NCBI GenBank assembly: GCA_019894975.1
Contig: JAGXNO010000019.1
Location: 1-63,137, forward strand
Direction of reading: 5' to 3'
DNA from: Promethearchaeota archaeon
Lineage (GTDB): Archaea > Asgardarchaeota > Lokiarchaeia > Sigyniarchaeales > SOKP01
Length of the DNA: 63,137 bases
The translations under genes and the position numbers were made by a program. The notes beneath the pieces are model-generated. The model worked only from the letters and a program-made list of their open reading frames with translations, did no database searches and was not told the origin of the DNA. Position 1 is the stretch's first letter; each line of letters begins with the position of its first letter. Below, piece by piece: positions 41,711 through 52,287 of the stretch.

Positions 41711-41922
41711 CTTTCTTTCATATCATTTTTTTACACGAAATTAGGATGGTGAGAAGATTTCGTATAAAAATCATCAGGATTACTCTCAATATAGAAATTA
41801 ATTGAATTTTCAGATATTTCTTTTAGAATATCTTGCATAGTGTTATCCATTTTATTAGATAAAGTAATAAAAATATAAAAAAAAGAATATTATTTTGGCT
41901 ATTTTAGTTTTGATATATTAGG

Positions 41923-44049
41923 TTAGAACACTAAGAGACCTGCTCCATTACCAAAAAGCATTAAGAATCCAAGAAAGATAGATGCGGTCAAAGACATTAC
42001 TACTAATAATGTATTAATACTTGGGCCGGCAGTGTCTTTAAATGGATCTCCAACAGTATCTCCTGTAATTGCGGCTTTATGGACTTCAGTACCTTTTCCT
42101 CCGAGATTGCCATCTTCAATCCACTTCTTCGCATTATCAAATGAGCCACCACTGTTCGACATAAAGATAGCAAAGACGAAACCTGATAGTATCGCACCAG
42201 TTAAGAATGCACCTAATGCTGCAACACCAAATAAAATTCCTACAGCAAGTGGTGTAAGGATTGACATTAAACTTGGTATTATCAATTCTCTTAAAGATCC
42301 CTTAGTCGCTATGTCAATAGTTTTACCAAAATCAGCAGCTTCCTCACCAGTTAATATTTTTGGATTAGTTTCAAATTGTCTTCGTATTTCATCAACCATT
42401 TTAGCAGCATTTCTCTGCACAGCAAGGATTAATAATGCTGAGAATATTGCAGGTATAACAACACCTATAAAAGCACCTATTAATACATTTATTGTAAGTA
42501 AATCTATAGCAACTATAGTAAACGGTTTAATATCATTAGCTTCTACAGTAAAAGAAAAGAGTAATGCAAAAACAGTTAAATTTGCTGCGCCTATTGCAAA
42601 ACCTTTTGTAATTGCTTTAGCAGTATTTCCAGCAGAATCTAATCGATCTGCTGTACGTATTACGTCGTCGCCAAGATCTCCCTGCTCAGCAATGCCTCTT
42701 GCATTATCTACAATAGGCCCGTAGGCATCATTTGAAACAATAGTACCTACAATCGCAAGCATGCCAACCGCAGCCATTGCAATCCCAAAGACACCTCCTA
42801 ATAGATATGCAAACACCATAGCAACTACTATTCCAATGGTGGGAGGGGCAACACTTAGTAATCCATAAGAAATCCCACTAAGAATTACAACAGCATGTCC
42901 TTCTTGTGCTGCTTCTGCTATTTTTCTAGTAGGTTTTTTGTCATCTCTAGTAAAGTAATCACTTGTAAGACCAAGGATAATACCAGCAAAAAGCCCAATA
43001 ACAGCGCATCCACATAATTTCCAAAGCATGGTTGCTTCCTCTCCCGTTAATCCAATAACCATTATTAAAGTAAATAGTGCAGCTAATCCCGCAAACAATA
43101 TTGTAGCAACATAAGTTCCTGTATTTAAGGCCTTACCAGGTTCTTCTGATCCTTTCCATTTTATATAATAAATACCCAGAAGGGATGCCAACAAACCAAC
43201 ACCACATAGAACAACAGGAAAAACTGTATATATAAATCTCCCTGCTTCGGTTAAAGTAACATCTACTATCATGGGTAAGGTGGCGGCTAACATCATCGCA
43301 GCTATAATAGACGCGACATAAGAATCGAAAAGATCTGATCCCATTCCGGCAATATCACCAACATTGTCTCCAACATTGTCAGCAATTGTTGCAGGATTAC
43401 GAGGATCATCTTCGGGAAGGTCATATTCTGCTTTTCCTACTAAATCAGCACCAACATCAGCCGTCTTTGTGAAGATACCACCCCCGCATTTCATGAACAA
43501 CGCAACGCTACTTGCACCAAAACTAAATCCTAAAATAATCATAGGATCTGGAATTATCCAATATAAAGTTGATACACCGATTAATGCTACACCTACCACC
43601 GCAAGTCCCATAACAGCACCCCCAAAAAAGGCTATGTCAAACCCCTTCTTAGTACTGATAGTACATCCTTGAGCTGCTCGAGTATTTGCTTTTATACCAA
43701 CGTACATCCCTAGCCAGCCCGCAAACATTGATCCAAGAGCACCAATTATATAAGCAAGCATCTGTTCCCAATTTAAAGCATCAATAAATACTCTTTCATA
43801 AGTATCGCTATCCTTCAGAGGAGATGGTAGAAATAACATGGCAACCGCGAGTACTGTCACAAAGATGCCTAAAACCTTGTATTGCACTTTAATATAAGTT
43901 TTTGCACCTTCTTCTATGTAACCCGCAACCTCCTGCATTCTTTCATTACCAGGGTCTTCTTTTAAGACCAAGTATCTAAAGTACATTGCCATAGCAATAG
44001 AAAGTATTCCAGCTATTAAGGCAACAATTAAAATTATTGGTACAGCCAT
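41923..44049 (-). CDS. hppA: Membrane H+-translocating pyrophosphatase, probably K+-independent
   Basis: GGIFTKTADVGADLVGK, DNVGDNVGD, GDTVGDPFKD; GNTAKA has Lys at the K+-determinant site. Confidence 0.95.
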   Translation of the reverse strand: MAVPIILIVALIAGILSIAMAMYFRYLVLKEDPGNERMQEVAGYIEEGAKTYIKVQYKVLGIFVTVLAVAMLFLPSPLKDSDTYERVFIDALNWEQMLAYIIGALGSMFAGWLGMYVGIKANTRAAQGCTISTKKGFDIAFFGGAVMGLAVVGVALIGVSTLYWIIPDPMIILGFSFGASSVALFMKCGGGIFTKTADVGADLVGKAEYDLPEDDPRNPATIADNVGDNVGDIAGMGSDLFDSYVASIIAAMMLAATLPMIVDVTLTEAGRFIYTVFPVVLCGVGLLASLLGIYYIKWKGSEEPGKALNTGTYVATILFAGLAALFTLIMVIGLTGEEATMLWKLCGCAVIGLFAGIILGLTSDYFTRDDKKPTRKIAEAAQEGHAVVILSGISYGLLSVAPPTIGIVVAMVFAYLLGGVFGIAMAAVGMLAIVGTIVSNDAYGPIVDNARGIAEQGDLGDDVIRTADRLDSAGNTAKAITKGFAIGAANLTVFALLFSFTVEANDIKPFTIVAIDLLTINVLIGAFIGVVIPAIFSALLILAVQRNAAKMVDEIRRQFETNPKILTGEEAADFGKTIDIATKGSLRELIIPSLMSILTPLAVGILFGVAALGAFLTGAILSGFVFAIFMSNSGGSFDNAKKWIEDGNLGGKGTEVHKAAITGDTVGDPFKDTAGPSINTLLVVMSLTASIFLGFLMLFGNGAGLLVF

Positions 44050-44214
44050 AATTTTTCACTCATTTTTTTTTTTGTTAAAGTTTTTGTTAATCAAATATAT
44101 AATAATATCACTCAAAATTTCTTAAATCATTAAAATATTGTGAATTTTAAAGTAAGTTTTAATTTAATCGCGTATTGTAAGTAAAAAATAGCACAAAAAA
44201 CGAGTTAGGTAATT

Positions 44215-45147
44215 TTGGCTTTAGAAATCCATTTAATCATTTTACTAATAATCATAGGTACTCTCGTTGGCATCAGTATGAGTTTTGTAGGACAGACTGG
44301 TCAAGGAGTTGTGGTTCCCTTTATTCTCTTAATTAGCGGAGATGTATTCTTAGCAATAACCGTTAATCTTCTAAATGATTTTATTGCAGCAATATCTGTT
44401 GCAATAAACTATGTAAGGAAAAAAGAATTTTATTTTACCAAGAATATCGTTATACTTCTAGTAGTTTCATTGATTACTTCTTTTCTTGGGGTGCTAATTT
44501 TAATATTAACACCATTAAGCACTATTTTTGGGTGGTTTCTACCAGTTTTTATTATTTTCTTAGGGACTACAGTTATATCTAAAGGTTTTCCTACTTCAGA
44601 AAGTTTGAAAGAAACAGTTCATAAAATATCTGAAAAATTTTTAAAACGCAAAAAGGGAGATATAAGTTTAGAAAAAGTTGAAGACCATTCTGAAATTTCC
44701 AATTTGACAGAAAATGTTGGAGATAATGAGATGAAAAGTATAATCCAGCCATTTTCAAAATTATTTTTTATATTAGCAATTGTTTTGGGAATAATTGTAG
44801 GTTTTAATTCTGGTTTATTCGGAGCGAATTCAGGTTTCATCATAACATTAGTTTTAATCATATTATTTGGATATCCCTTGAAAAAAAGTGTAGGAACTGC
44901 TTTACTATTAAGTTTAATTATGTGTATTTTTACATTTACTTTCTATCAAATATTGGGCTTAACGATTCAAGGGAAATTGTATTTCAATTGGGAATATGTT
45001 CTCTATTTAGGCATAGGCTCGTTTATTTCTGGTTTTATCACTTCTAACTACGTTCAAAGACTTTCTGCAAAAGCGATGGGTCGAGGAATGGGCATAACAA
45101 TGATTGTTTTAGGAATTTCTTCTCTAGTATTTTATTTCATTAGTTAA
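44215..45147 (+). CDS. TauE/SafE sulfite exporter family membrane protein
   Basis: Two GxxSGLFG-type repeats, KSVGTAL, multiple TM helices. Confidence 0.8.
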   Translation: MALEIHLIILLIIIGTLVGISMSFVGQTGQGVVVPFILLISGDVFLAITVNLLNDFIAAISVAINYVRKKEFYFTKNIVILLVVSLITSFLGVLILILTPLSTIFGWFLPVFIIFLGTTVISKGFPTSESLKETVHKISEKFLKRKKGDISLEKVEDHSEISNLTENVGDNEMKSIIQPFSKLFFILAIVLGIIVGFNSGLFGANSGFIITLVLIILFGYPLKKSVGTALLLSLIMCIFTFTFYQILGLTIQGKLYFNWEYVLYLGIGSFISGFITSNYVQRLSAKAMGRGMGITMIVLGISSLVFYFIS

Positions 45148-45271
45148 TGTAAAGCACAGGATATGACTAAATTTCAATAACTATTTACTATATTATGCTA
45201 TGAAAAAATGCTAATTCACCATACTAATTATTATAAATCAAATTGAACTATTTTATATGTTAATATTTTAG

Positions 45272-46374
45272 GTGAAATTAATGACAGTGCAAGAACAAAT
45301 TAAAAAGGAAGTTACATTAAGAGAACAATTAAAGAAATTCCTAATAAAAGGATATTATGGATTTAACACCATTCTCACTCTTGGTTTGGGAATGCGACTC
45401 GGTATTTTTGATTACCTTTATGCTAAATCCAAAAAAACCCTAGCACTTCAGCAATTTCTTCAGTGGATTTTACACCAGATGAACTTATCGAAAAATTTAG
45501 TTATGATTCTAAATTTCTTGATGCTTGGCTTCACTTAGCTCTGGAATGTGGTATTTTCGAAATTGCAAATGTTAGTAAGCGAACATTAAAAACAGCACCA
45601 CATGTATATACTTTATTAATTGATCGTAAAAATATGTTTTATGTTGGAGATACTATAGGATTTTTTTATTATTTAGCTCCACTACAAAACTACGTATTTG
45701 ATTTTTTTAAAACAGGGTATGTGGATGTTAGCTCTGAAATTCCTGAAGAAGTTATAATTGATGGGCATAGATCAAGCGCAAGAATGGGTGAATTAGTTGA
45801 AAGATTGTTTTCAAGCAACTATAAGGATTTTAGTAAGTTTTTAAAAAAGCAAGGTTCAATTCTCGCTGTGGGATGTGGTTATGGATTTAATATCGAAAAA
45901 TGGGCGATAAAATATAAAAGAGCTCAATTTGTTGGAATAGATATTGACTCAAAAGCAGTCACTTTTGCAAAATATTTAATGAAACAACATAATTGGGATG
46001 AAAGGATTGAAGTTTATGATATCCCTATAAATGAATATGCGAAAAAAACTGATGATAAATTTGATTTGATATTGCTAAATCAGGTTCTCCATGAAATGAA
46101 TCATGATGAAGATTATAGAAGAGGCGTTTTTAAAGATTTATATTCTTTACTAAAGGAGGATGGGATTCTGCTTGTAGGAGAAACTATGATTCCAGATATA
46201 TTTGATCCCAAAAAAGAACGTCAGCTTTTCGATATCATGCACAAATTTTTTGAAGCTGGCTTTGCACGTTTCTATGATAAAAAATCTTTTGAAGATTTTG
46301 TTGGTTCGACACCTTTTACTAAAGCGGAATTCATAAAAAAAGGCGGGGAATATTTCTGGGCAGTTAAAAAATAA
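45272..46374 (+). pseudogene. Class I SAM methyltransferase with N-terminal HTH, frameshifted at A7 run (45431-45437)
   Basis: One extra A joins the two ORFs (YAKSKKNPSTSAISSVDFTPDE); VGCGYG, GIDID, LNQVLHE. Confidence 0.75.
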
Positions 46375-46439
46375 GGTATATTAATTACAATAAGTTTTTT
46401 TACTTTTCTTTATATAAAATAAAAAAAAATTAGTTAGAA

Positions 46440-46880
46440 TTAGGGGGTTACTGTTATTTGCTTCTTATCAAAATCGTCTGGGTTTCCACCTTTTTCAATA
46501 AATTCAGAGTAATTTTTCAAACTTTGTAAAAGCAATTCTCCAGTTTTTACCAGAATTTTTTCATTTTTTTCATCGTCAAATTCTCCCCAGAGTTTAACTT
46601 CAACCTTATGACCTTTAGGACTTAAAAAATATCCCATTGAATTAAAAATACCACCTTCAATTCTCATGGAAAGTTTATTAGGATCTACTGTTTCTGTTCG
46701 GGTACTCGTAAAATCTCCAACATTTGATTTCACAGCCCATTTACCTTCAGAAATTTCACTTATTTCATTTACTGGCAAGTTCCATTTAGGTGCAAGCTTA
46801 GTGTCATCTAAAATATCAAAAATTCTTTTTTGGGATGCCCCAATTTCAATTTCTCTCTCAACTCGAGCCATTTTTTTCAT
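46440..46880 (-). CDS. SRPBCC/START-like protein
   Basis: VEREIEIGAS..IFDILDD....PKWN pattern. Confidence 0.7.
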   Translation of the reverse strand: MKKMARVEREIEIGASQKRIFDILDDTKLAPKWNLPVNEISEISEGKWAVKSNVGDFTSTRTETVDPNKLSMRIEGGIFNSMGYFLSPKGHKVEVKLWGEFDDEKNEKILVKTGELLLQSLKNYSEFIEKGGNPDDFDKKQITVTP

Positions 46881-47095
46881 CTTAAATTATTAATTGGGTA
46901 TTAATTTACATCATACAATTATGTCAAAATCATATAAATATATTTGTATAGAAAAGCATTTTTCGGGTGAATAGTAATCATCGATCAGAAAGAGATATTA
47001 TAACTGTAATCTTAAATTACTTAGGGATCATAATCTTAGAAGCATCTTTAAAAACAACAAATTAATGCTTTTGATTATACTCAGAGGTTAAGTTA

Positions 47096-48040
47096 ATGGA
47101 TGAATTAAAATGTGAGGTTTTGATTATTGGTGCGGGACCTGCTGGTTTATGTGCGGGAGTCTATTGTGCTCGAGCAAATAGAGATGTAATTATTCTTGAT
47201 GGAAAAGAATTGTCAGCACTAGCGCAAGCAAAGGAAATACAAAATTGGCCAGGAGAAATTGAAATTAAAGGGAAACATCTAATAGAGAAATTTAGAACTC
47301 ATGCTGAGAGTTATTCAGAAAGCATTAGAATTATTAAAGATGATGTAATTTCACTAATGCTGGGGATGGGTGTAAACAGAATTTCAACAAGAACAACAAA
47401 TATCATCTCTGATGTTGTCATTATTGCCACTGGCAGAGGTACACGAAAAGAAATAATTAAAGGAGAAGATAAATTGCTCGGGTTTGGTATTTCCTATACT
47501 ATATTAAGCGATGGCCCTTTATATAAAGATAAGGTTGTATATCTACTAGGTAAAGATGAAGAAATGTTAGAAGATGCTTTAGCACTTCAACAAATGGGAT
47601 GCTTAGTACGAATAATTACAGATGTTGGAATTGAAGAATTATCTGAAATGGTGTATCAAGTAAAAGAAGCGGGAATTGAAATTATTGAAAATATGGAAAT
47701 AATTGAGGCAGTTCCTGGTTCGAAGGGAAACATTCAGAAAATAATATGTAAGTCCAATATGCATGAAGTTGAAAATACTGATGAGACAACAGAATTTGAA
47801 TTAGACTGCTTATTTATTTTATCACATATATCATCAAATTCAATTTTCAAAAAATCAGGAGTAGAGTTAGATGAGAGGGGAAACATTATAGTAAATGAGG
47901 AACAAAAAGCAAACCTTAAAGGTGTATATGCTGCAGGGGATTGCACAGGGGGAGTTTTTCAAGTTGTATTTGCTGCAGCAGAAGGTGCTCGAGCGGGGAT
48001 AAATGCTTGTAAATATCTTCGACAACTACAGAAGGATTAA
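47096..48040 (+). CDS. Thioredoxin reductase-like flavoprotein lacking CxxC
   Basis: GAGPAG, IATG, GVYAAGD, but SYTILSDG replaces SYCATCDG. Confidence 0.85.
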   Translation: MDELKCEVLIIGAGPAGLCAGVYCARANRDVIILDGKELSALAQAKEIQNWPGEIEIKGKHLIEKFRTHAESYSESIRIIKDDVISLMLGMGVNRISTRTTNIISDVVIIATGRGTRKEIIKGEDKLLGFGISYTILSDGPLYKDKVVYLLGKDEEMLEDALALQQMGCLVRIITDVGIEELSEMVYQVKEAGIEIIENMEIIEAVPGSKGNIQKIICKSNMHEVENTDETTEFELDCLFILSHISSNSIFKKSGVELDERGNIIVNEEQKANLKGVYAAGDCTGGVFQVVFAAAEGARAGINACKYLRQLQKD

Positions 48041-48135
48041 CCTAACTTTTAAATAATAGGAAAAAAAAATTTATACATCTTATATAATTACTACATATAT
48101 ATTTGAAATAAGCTACAAACTAAAGGAGATATGAT

Positions 48136-49080
48136 TTGTCTGACAGTGATGGATTTGATTTACTAATAATTGGTGGTGGACCGGCTGGATTGACAGCTGC
48201 AATTTATGGCGGAAGAATGGGCTTAAAAACAGCGGTCTATGAGAATAAGGGATTTGGAGGTTTAGCAGGGACAGCTCCCAAGATTGAAAACTATCCGGGG
48301 TTTAGTAGTATCAATGGTCTCGAATTAACAGAAAAGATGAGAGAGCAGGCTGAAAGTTGGGGTGCTACACTTTTTTATGATGAAGTCACAGCAATTAATC
48401 CTAAAGAAATGACGATTTCTACTTACGGAGGAAAAACAAAGGCAAAAGCAATTATCATTGCAACGGGTTCAAAGCATTTATCACTTGGATTGTCTAATGA
48501 ATATGAGCTAGTAGGTAATGGAATATCTTACTGTGCTACTTGTGATGGTCCTTTATTCCGGGACAAAGAGGTTGCTGCGGTTGGTGGGGGTAATGCTGCG
48601 GGTTTAGAAGTAATTTATTTATCAAATATAGCAAAAAAAGTTTATCTAATTCATAGACGTCACTGTATGAGAGCAGAAGCATGTATAGCAGACGAGGTAG
48701 ATTCATTAGAAAATGTTGTCCCATTGTATAATTGTGTTATTGAAGAAGCGATAACAAAAAATGACAAACTGGGAGCATTAAAGGTCAAAAACATCGAGAC
48801 TGGTGAAATTTCCAATATAGATGTCAATGCTCTCTTCATAGCAATAGGTGTTGAGCCTCAGAGTGATTTGGCGAAAAACGTAGGAATAGAACTTGATGAT
48901 GATAACTGCATCAAAGTTAATAAAAATCAAGAAACTAATTTTTCAGGTATATATGCTGCTGGAGATGTAACAGGCGGTATACGACAAGTCACAACTGCGG
49001 TGGGGGAAGGTACAACAGCAGCAATGAATGCATATCTTTATATTAAGCAAGGATGGTATGGAGACGGAGTAAAAAAATAA
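48136..49080 (+). CDS. trxB: Thioredoxin-disulfide reductase
   Basis: GGGPAG, SYCATCDG, VGGGNAA, IHRR, YAAGDV. Confidence 0.93.
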   Translation: MSDSDGFDLLIIGGGPAGLTAAIYGGRMGLKTAVYENKGFGGLAGTAPKIENYPGFSSINGLELTEKMREQAESWGATLFYDEVTAINPKEMTISTYGGKTKAKAIIIATGSKHLSLGLSNEYELVGNGISYCATCDGPLFRDKEVAAVGGGNAAGLEVIYLSNIAKKVYLIHRRHCMRAEACIADEVDSLENVVPLYNCVIEEAITKNDKLGALKVKNIETGEISNIDVNALFIAIGVEPQSDLAKNVGIELDDDNCIKVNKNQETNFSGIYAAGDVTGGIRQVTTAVGEGTTAAMNAYLYIKQGWYGDGVKK

Positions 49081-49092
49081 AGTAGGCCTTTA

Positions 49093-49494
49093 CTACCAAG
49101 ATCTTAGTTGCAAATTGAAGAATTCTTTAAATTTTTTGTCTTTAGAATATATAATGTCTGTATTGTGCTTTTTACAAGTCATAGCAATGATCTCATCATG
49201 TAATTCGTGACTTTTGGCATTTTTTAACATTAATTTAATGATTTCAATATTAAAATCATCGATGATGATATTTTCTGATTTTTTCCATCGATTGAAAGCT
49301 TCCTCAAATGCTTTAATTTTTCCAGCTCTTCTCATTTTCCAAAGCAATTCTGCGATTGCAATTGTAGGGAGAATAACTGTTATTTCTCCATTTATCACTT
49401 TTTTTTTTAGTTGTTGGAGAATTAATGGAATTTTTTGATAATCATAATGGAAATAAAAAAGAACCTGAGCATCAATTACTGCTTTCTCTGTCAT
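49093..49494 (-). CDS. vapC: PIN-domain toxin VapC
   Basis: VIDA, IAEL, HDEIIA, YSKD acidic PIN residues. Confidence 0.85.
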   Translation of the reverse strand: MTEKAVIDAQVLFYFHYDYQKIPLILQQLKKKVINGEITVILPTIAIAELLWKMRRAGKIKAFEEAFNRWKKSENIIIDDFNIEIIKLMLKNAKSHELHDEIIAMTCKKHNTDIIYSKDKKFKEFFNLQLRSW

Positions 49495-49520
49495 TTTATA
49501 TCAAGAATTACTAATTAATA

Positions 49521-49796
49521 CTATTTCTCATCAGGGAATAAAGATTTTTTTGCTTCTTCTAACTCTTCTTCTGTAAACGGGGATACTCCTTTAAATAGAT
49601 CATCTTCTATCTCAAGAGGGTGTGTTTTTTTTTTAACTAAAATAGTTTTATTATCCTTTAGTTCCATTTCTACCTCATTTGTGTCATCAATGGCTAATTT
49701 ATCTCTCCATTCTTTTGGTATAACAATCCTACCATTTGATGAAACCTTTTGAGTTATTTTTTCAGTCATCTGCTTTTTCATTTTTTTAATTGTCAT
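49521..49796 (-). CDS. vapB: AbrB/MazE-type antitoxin VapB
   Basis: KVSSNGRIVIPKEWRDKL; directly upstream of PIN gene. Confidence 0.85.
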   Translation of the reverse strand: MTIKKMKKQMTEKITQKVSSNGRIVIPKEWRDKLAIDDTNEVEMELKDNKTILVKKKTHPLEIEDDLFKGVSPFTEEELEEAKKSLFPDEK

Positions 49797-49815
49797 TATA
49801 ATATAGTAAATGACA
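49791..49815. promoter_or_regulatory. Inverted repeat TGTCATT-N11-AATGACA at vapB start, candidate autoregulatory operator
   Basis: Seen directly; TA operons are usually autorepressed at such sites. Confidence 0.5.
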
Positions 49816-49950
49816 GTTATTATATCTTTTTGAGAGATGAGAGAAAACTCAAAATTAGAGATGACAATTTTCTGGTTTTTAAATCTTTAAAAACATAATA
49901 TGCAGATATTACTCTCTATTATGTAATATCACGATCATATTGTAATCATT

Positions 49951-50874
49951 ATGGTAGAGTGTAATTTCTCAGATTTCATGGAAGATTTTTTAATTTCAAA
50001 AGAGGTCGAGGAAGGCTGCCAGCCTTCAACTATTAAAGCATACAAATATGATCTGGATAAATTCATTGAATTAGTAGGAGATATCGACATGAACTCTCCT
50101 GTGGCCAGACAAAGAATTCGCTTATTCTTAAAAAAAATTAAAGATTTGGGATATACTAAAAAAGGAATAGGAAGAAAAATAGCTTCATTACGTTCTTACT
50201 TCAAATTTTTAACTCTGAATGAATTTATTGAAAAAAATCCTATGAGTACCATTAAGTCTCCGAAGATAAAATTAGAAGAGAGTCTACCTAAATTTCTAGA
50301 TATCTCCGATATTGATATTTTGTTTGAAAAATTAAAAGATAGAACTTTATTTAATTCAAGAAAAAGTCAACGTTACTACTTAATTATTAGAGTTCTATAT
50401 TCTACTATGGCACGAGTGAGTGAATTATGCAATATTAGAATTAGAGATGTAGATTTTGATCAGGGTTATATAAGGCTACGAGGCAAAGGAAATAAAGAAA
50501 GAATTGTTCCTGTAGACAAAAAGACCTTAGAGATTTTTACAGAATATCTTAGTAACAGAATAACATATGATCCTGAAGAATATTTGATAGTCAATACGAG
50601 AAATCAAGGATTAAGTCCTCGACTCGTTCAGGCAGATATTAAACATATAAAAGAATTATGTGGCTTTCCAGATTCAAAAATAATTACACCTCATGTGTTT
50701 AGACATACTGGAGCAACTCATCTTAGACGCTCAGGGATGGATATTAGTGAGTTACAAGACATTTTGGGTCATTCAAGCCCAAATACTACGAGAATTTATG
50801 CAAAAAACGACATTACTAAAATAAAGCAATCCTATAGTATGATGCACCCCTTAAATAATTCAGATAGATTTTAA
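49951..50874 (+). CDS. xerA: XerA/XerD-like tyrosine recombinase
   Basis: Catalytic R (ARVSEL), K (GKGNKER), HxxR (HVFRH), LGH, Y (TRIY). Confidence 0.9.
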   Translation: MVECNFSDFMEDFLISKEVEEGCQPSTIKAYKYDLDKFIELVGDIDMNSPVARQRIRLFLKKIKDLGYTKKGIGRKIASLRSYFKFLTLNEFIEKNPMSTIKSPKIKLEESLPKFLDISDIDILFEKLKDRTLFNSRKSQRYYLIIRVLYSTMARVSELCNIRIRDVDFDQGYIRLRGKGNKERIVPVDKKTLEIFTEYLSNRITYDPEEYLIVNTRNQGLSPRLVQADIKHIKELCGFPDSKIITPHVFRHTGATHLRRSGMDISELQDILGHSSPNTTRIYAKNDITKIKQSYSMMHPLNNSDRF

Positions 50875-50916
50875 GAAAAGTATTTAATTATTCTAAAATT
50901 CAATTTAAGATAAGTT

Positions 50917-50944
50917 CATTAGGATAACAAACTTTATACCTAAT
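50917..50944. other. dif-like 28-bp site CATTAGGATAA-CAAACT-TTATACCTAAT
   Basis: 11-6-11 layout with inverted arms and ATAA/TTAT core, directly downstream of xerA. Confidence 0.5.
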
Positions 50945-50999
50945 TTATTCCATTAATACTTATAGATTAATAAAATAATTACCGTTAATTCGATTTATT

Positions 51000-52193
51000 A
51001 TGGATGAGGATGATTTTAGAAAACAATTCAACAAAAAATCAGTCTTTAAACAACTGGGTTCGCTTGATAAAAGCTGGGTTCCAGAGAAATTATATTGCCG
51101 AGATGATGCTCTTCATACTTTAATAGTAAATTATAGAAGAATTTTGGAGGAAGAAGAGCAACCTTCTATAAATTGCCTAATTTTAGGTAAGGGTGGTGTT
51201 GGTAAGACTTGTACTGCTCGTTATTTTGGTAAAAACTTTAGAACAGTTGCTATAGAAAAAGACGTAAAATTATTCGTTGAATACTTTGATTGCATTAACT
51301 TTCGCTCTAAAAGCAAGATTATTAGAGAGCTCCTCGCCAAATATACACATGGAAGTGGTAGAGGTTATTCGGACGATGAAGCATTAAAGTTAATTCTTAC
51401 TAAGCTAATTAGAGATAACGGTTATATGTTATTAATTATCGATGAAGTACATTTATTAAAACCAGATGAAGTATTGGCGTTTTTAAATATTGCCGAGACG
51501 TTCGGTCATCAAAATGCAAAACTTTCTATTCTAATGGTGTGTAGGGGAACAGATTGGATGAAAATCGAAAACGAGAGAATCTTAAGTCGTTTAAATGAAA
51601 AAATCCAATTTAAACCATATAATTTCGAAGAATCTATGAAAATACTAGAATATAGAAGCGAAATTGCGTTAAAAGAATATGTGATAGATGATGAACTTCT
51701 AAACATGGTAGCTCAGATTGTAGTTGAAAATAAAAATATGAGACATGGAATAGAAATCACAAGAAAAGGCGGACTATATTGCGATAGAGAAGGTTTAGAA
51801 CAGATTTCTGCTGATATTATCAGAGAAGCTTCAGATGATGTATACCCCACTTTTAGGGCAGAGATCATTGATGATTTAAAAGATCAGGAACTATTAGCAT
51901 TACACGGAATTGTAAGAACCCTAATAAATAATGGTACTCCCTTTGCATTGGTGGATGATGCATATGAAGAATATCAATCTATCTGTGAAGGTTATTCAAT
52001 AGAACCTCATGTAAAGATGAGTTTTAGAAAATATGTTCGACAATTAAGCAACCTTAAAATTATTGCTTCCAAAACGGTAAGGATAGAAGATGCTACACGG
52101 GGTAGGCACTTAGAAATAACATTGTTAGACATCCCCGCAACAAAATTAGCTGAATTATTAGAAAGCATTTTTGAAAGAATGTTTTCTCGATAA
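51000..52193 (+). CDS. cdc6: Orc1/Cdc6 replication initiator
   Basis: WVPEKLYCRD, Walker A GKGGVGKT, Walker B IIDEVH, FKPY, C-terminal winged helix. Confidence 0.93.
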   Translation: MDEDDFRKQFNKKSVFKQLGSLDKSWVPEKLYCRDDALHTLIVNYRRILEEEEQPSINCLILGKGGVGKTCTARYFGKNFRTVAIEKDVKLFVEYFDCINFRSKSKIIRELLAKYTHGSGRGYSDDEALKLILTKLIRDNGYMLLIIDEVHLLKPDEVLAFLNIAETFGHQNAKLSILMVCRGTDWMKIENERILSRLNEKIQFKPYNFEESMKILEYRSEIALKEYVIDDELLNMVAQIVVENKNMRHGIEITRKGGLYCDREGLEQISADIIREASDDVYPTFRAEIIDDLKDQELLALHGIVRTLINNGTPFALVDDAYEEYQSICEGYSIEPHVKMSFRKYVRQLSNLKIIASKTVRIEDATRGRHLEITLLDIPATKLAELLESIFERMFSR

Positions 52194-52287
52194 TTTTTGC
52201 CAAAATGTAGCAATAATAAGTAAATTACAGATAACTTGCCTAAATATCTCTCTCTAACAAATTAGAAAATTTTGATATTGAATTTCC

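Noticed and set aside
41434-41752. ORFs 41434-41721 (-) and 41525-41752 (+)
   Set aside because: They overlap the RNase P RNA and have no protein motifs
45421-45450. TGCTA/TAGCA hairpin at the methyltransferase frameshift as a third BHB intron
   Set aside because: Well-paired registers excise 19 or 21 nt, which do not repair the frame, and there is no intron stem; one missing A explains it
51078-51091. GTTCCAGAGAAAT resembling an ORB element
   Set aside because: Single copy inside cdc6 coding sequence (VPEK)
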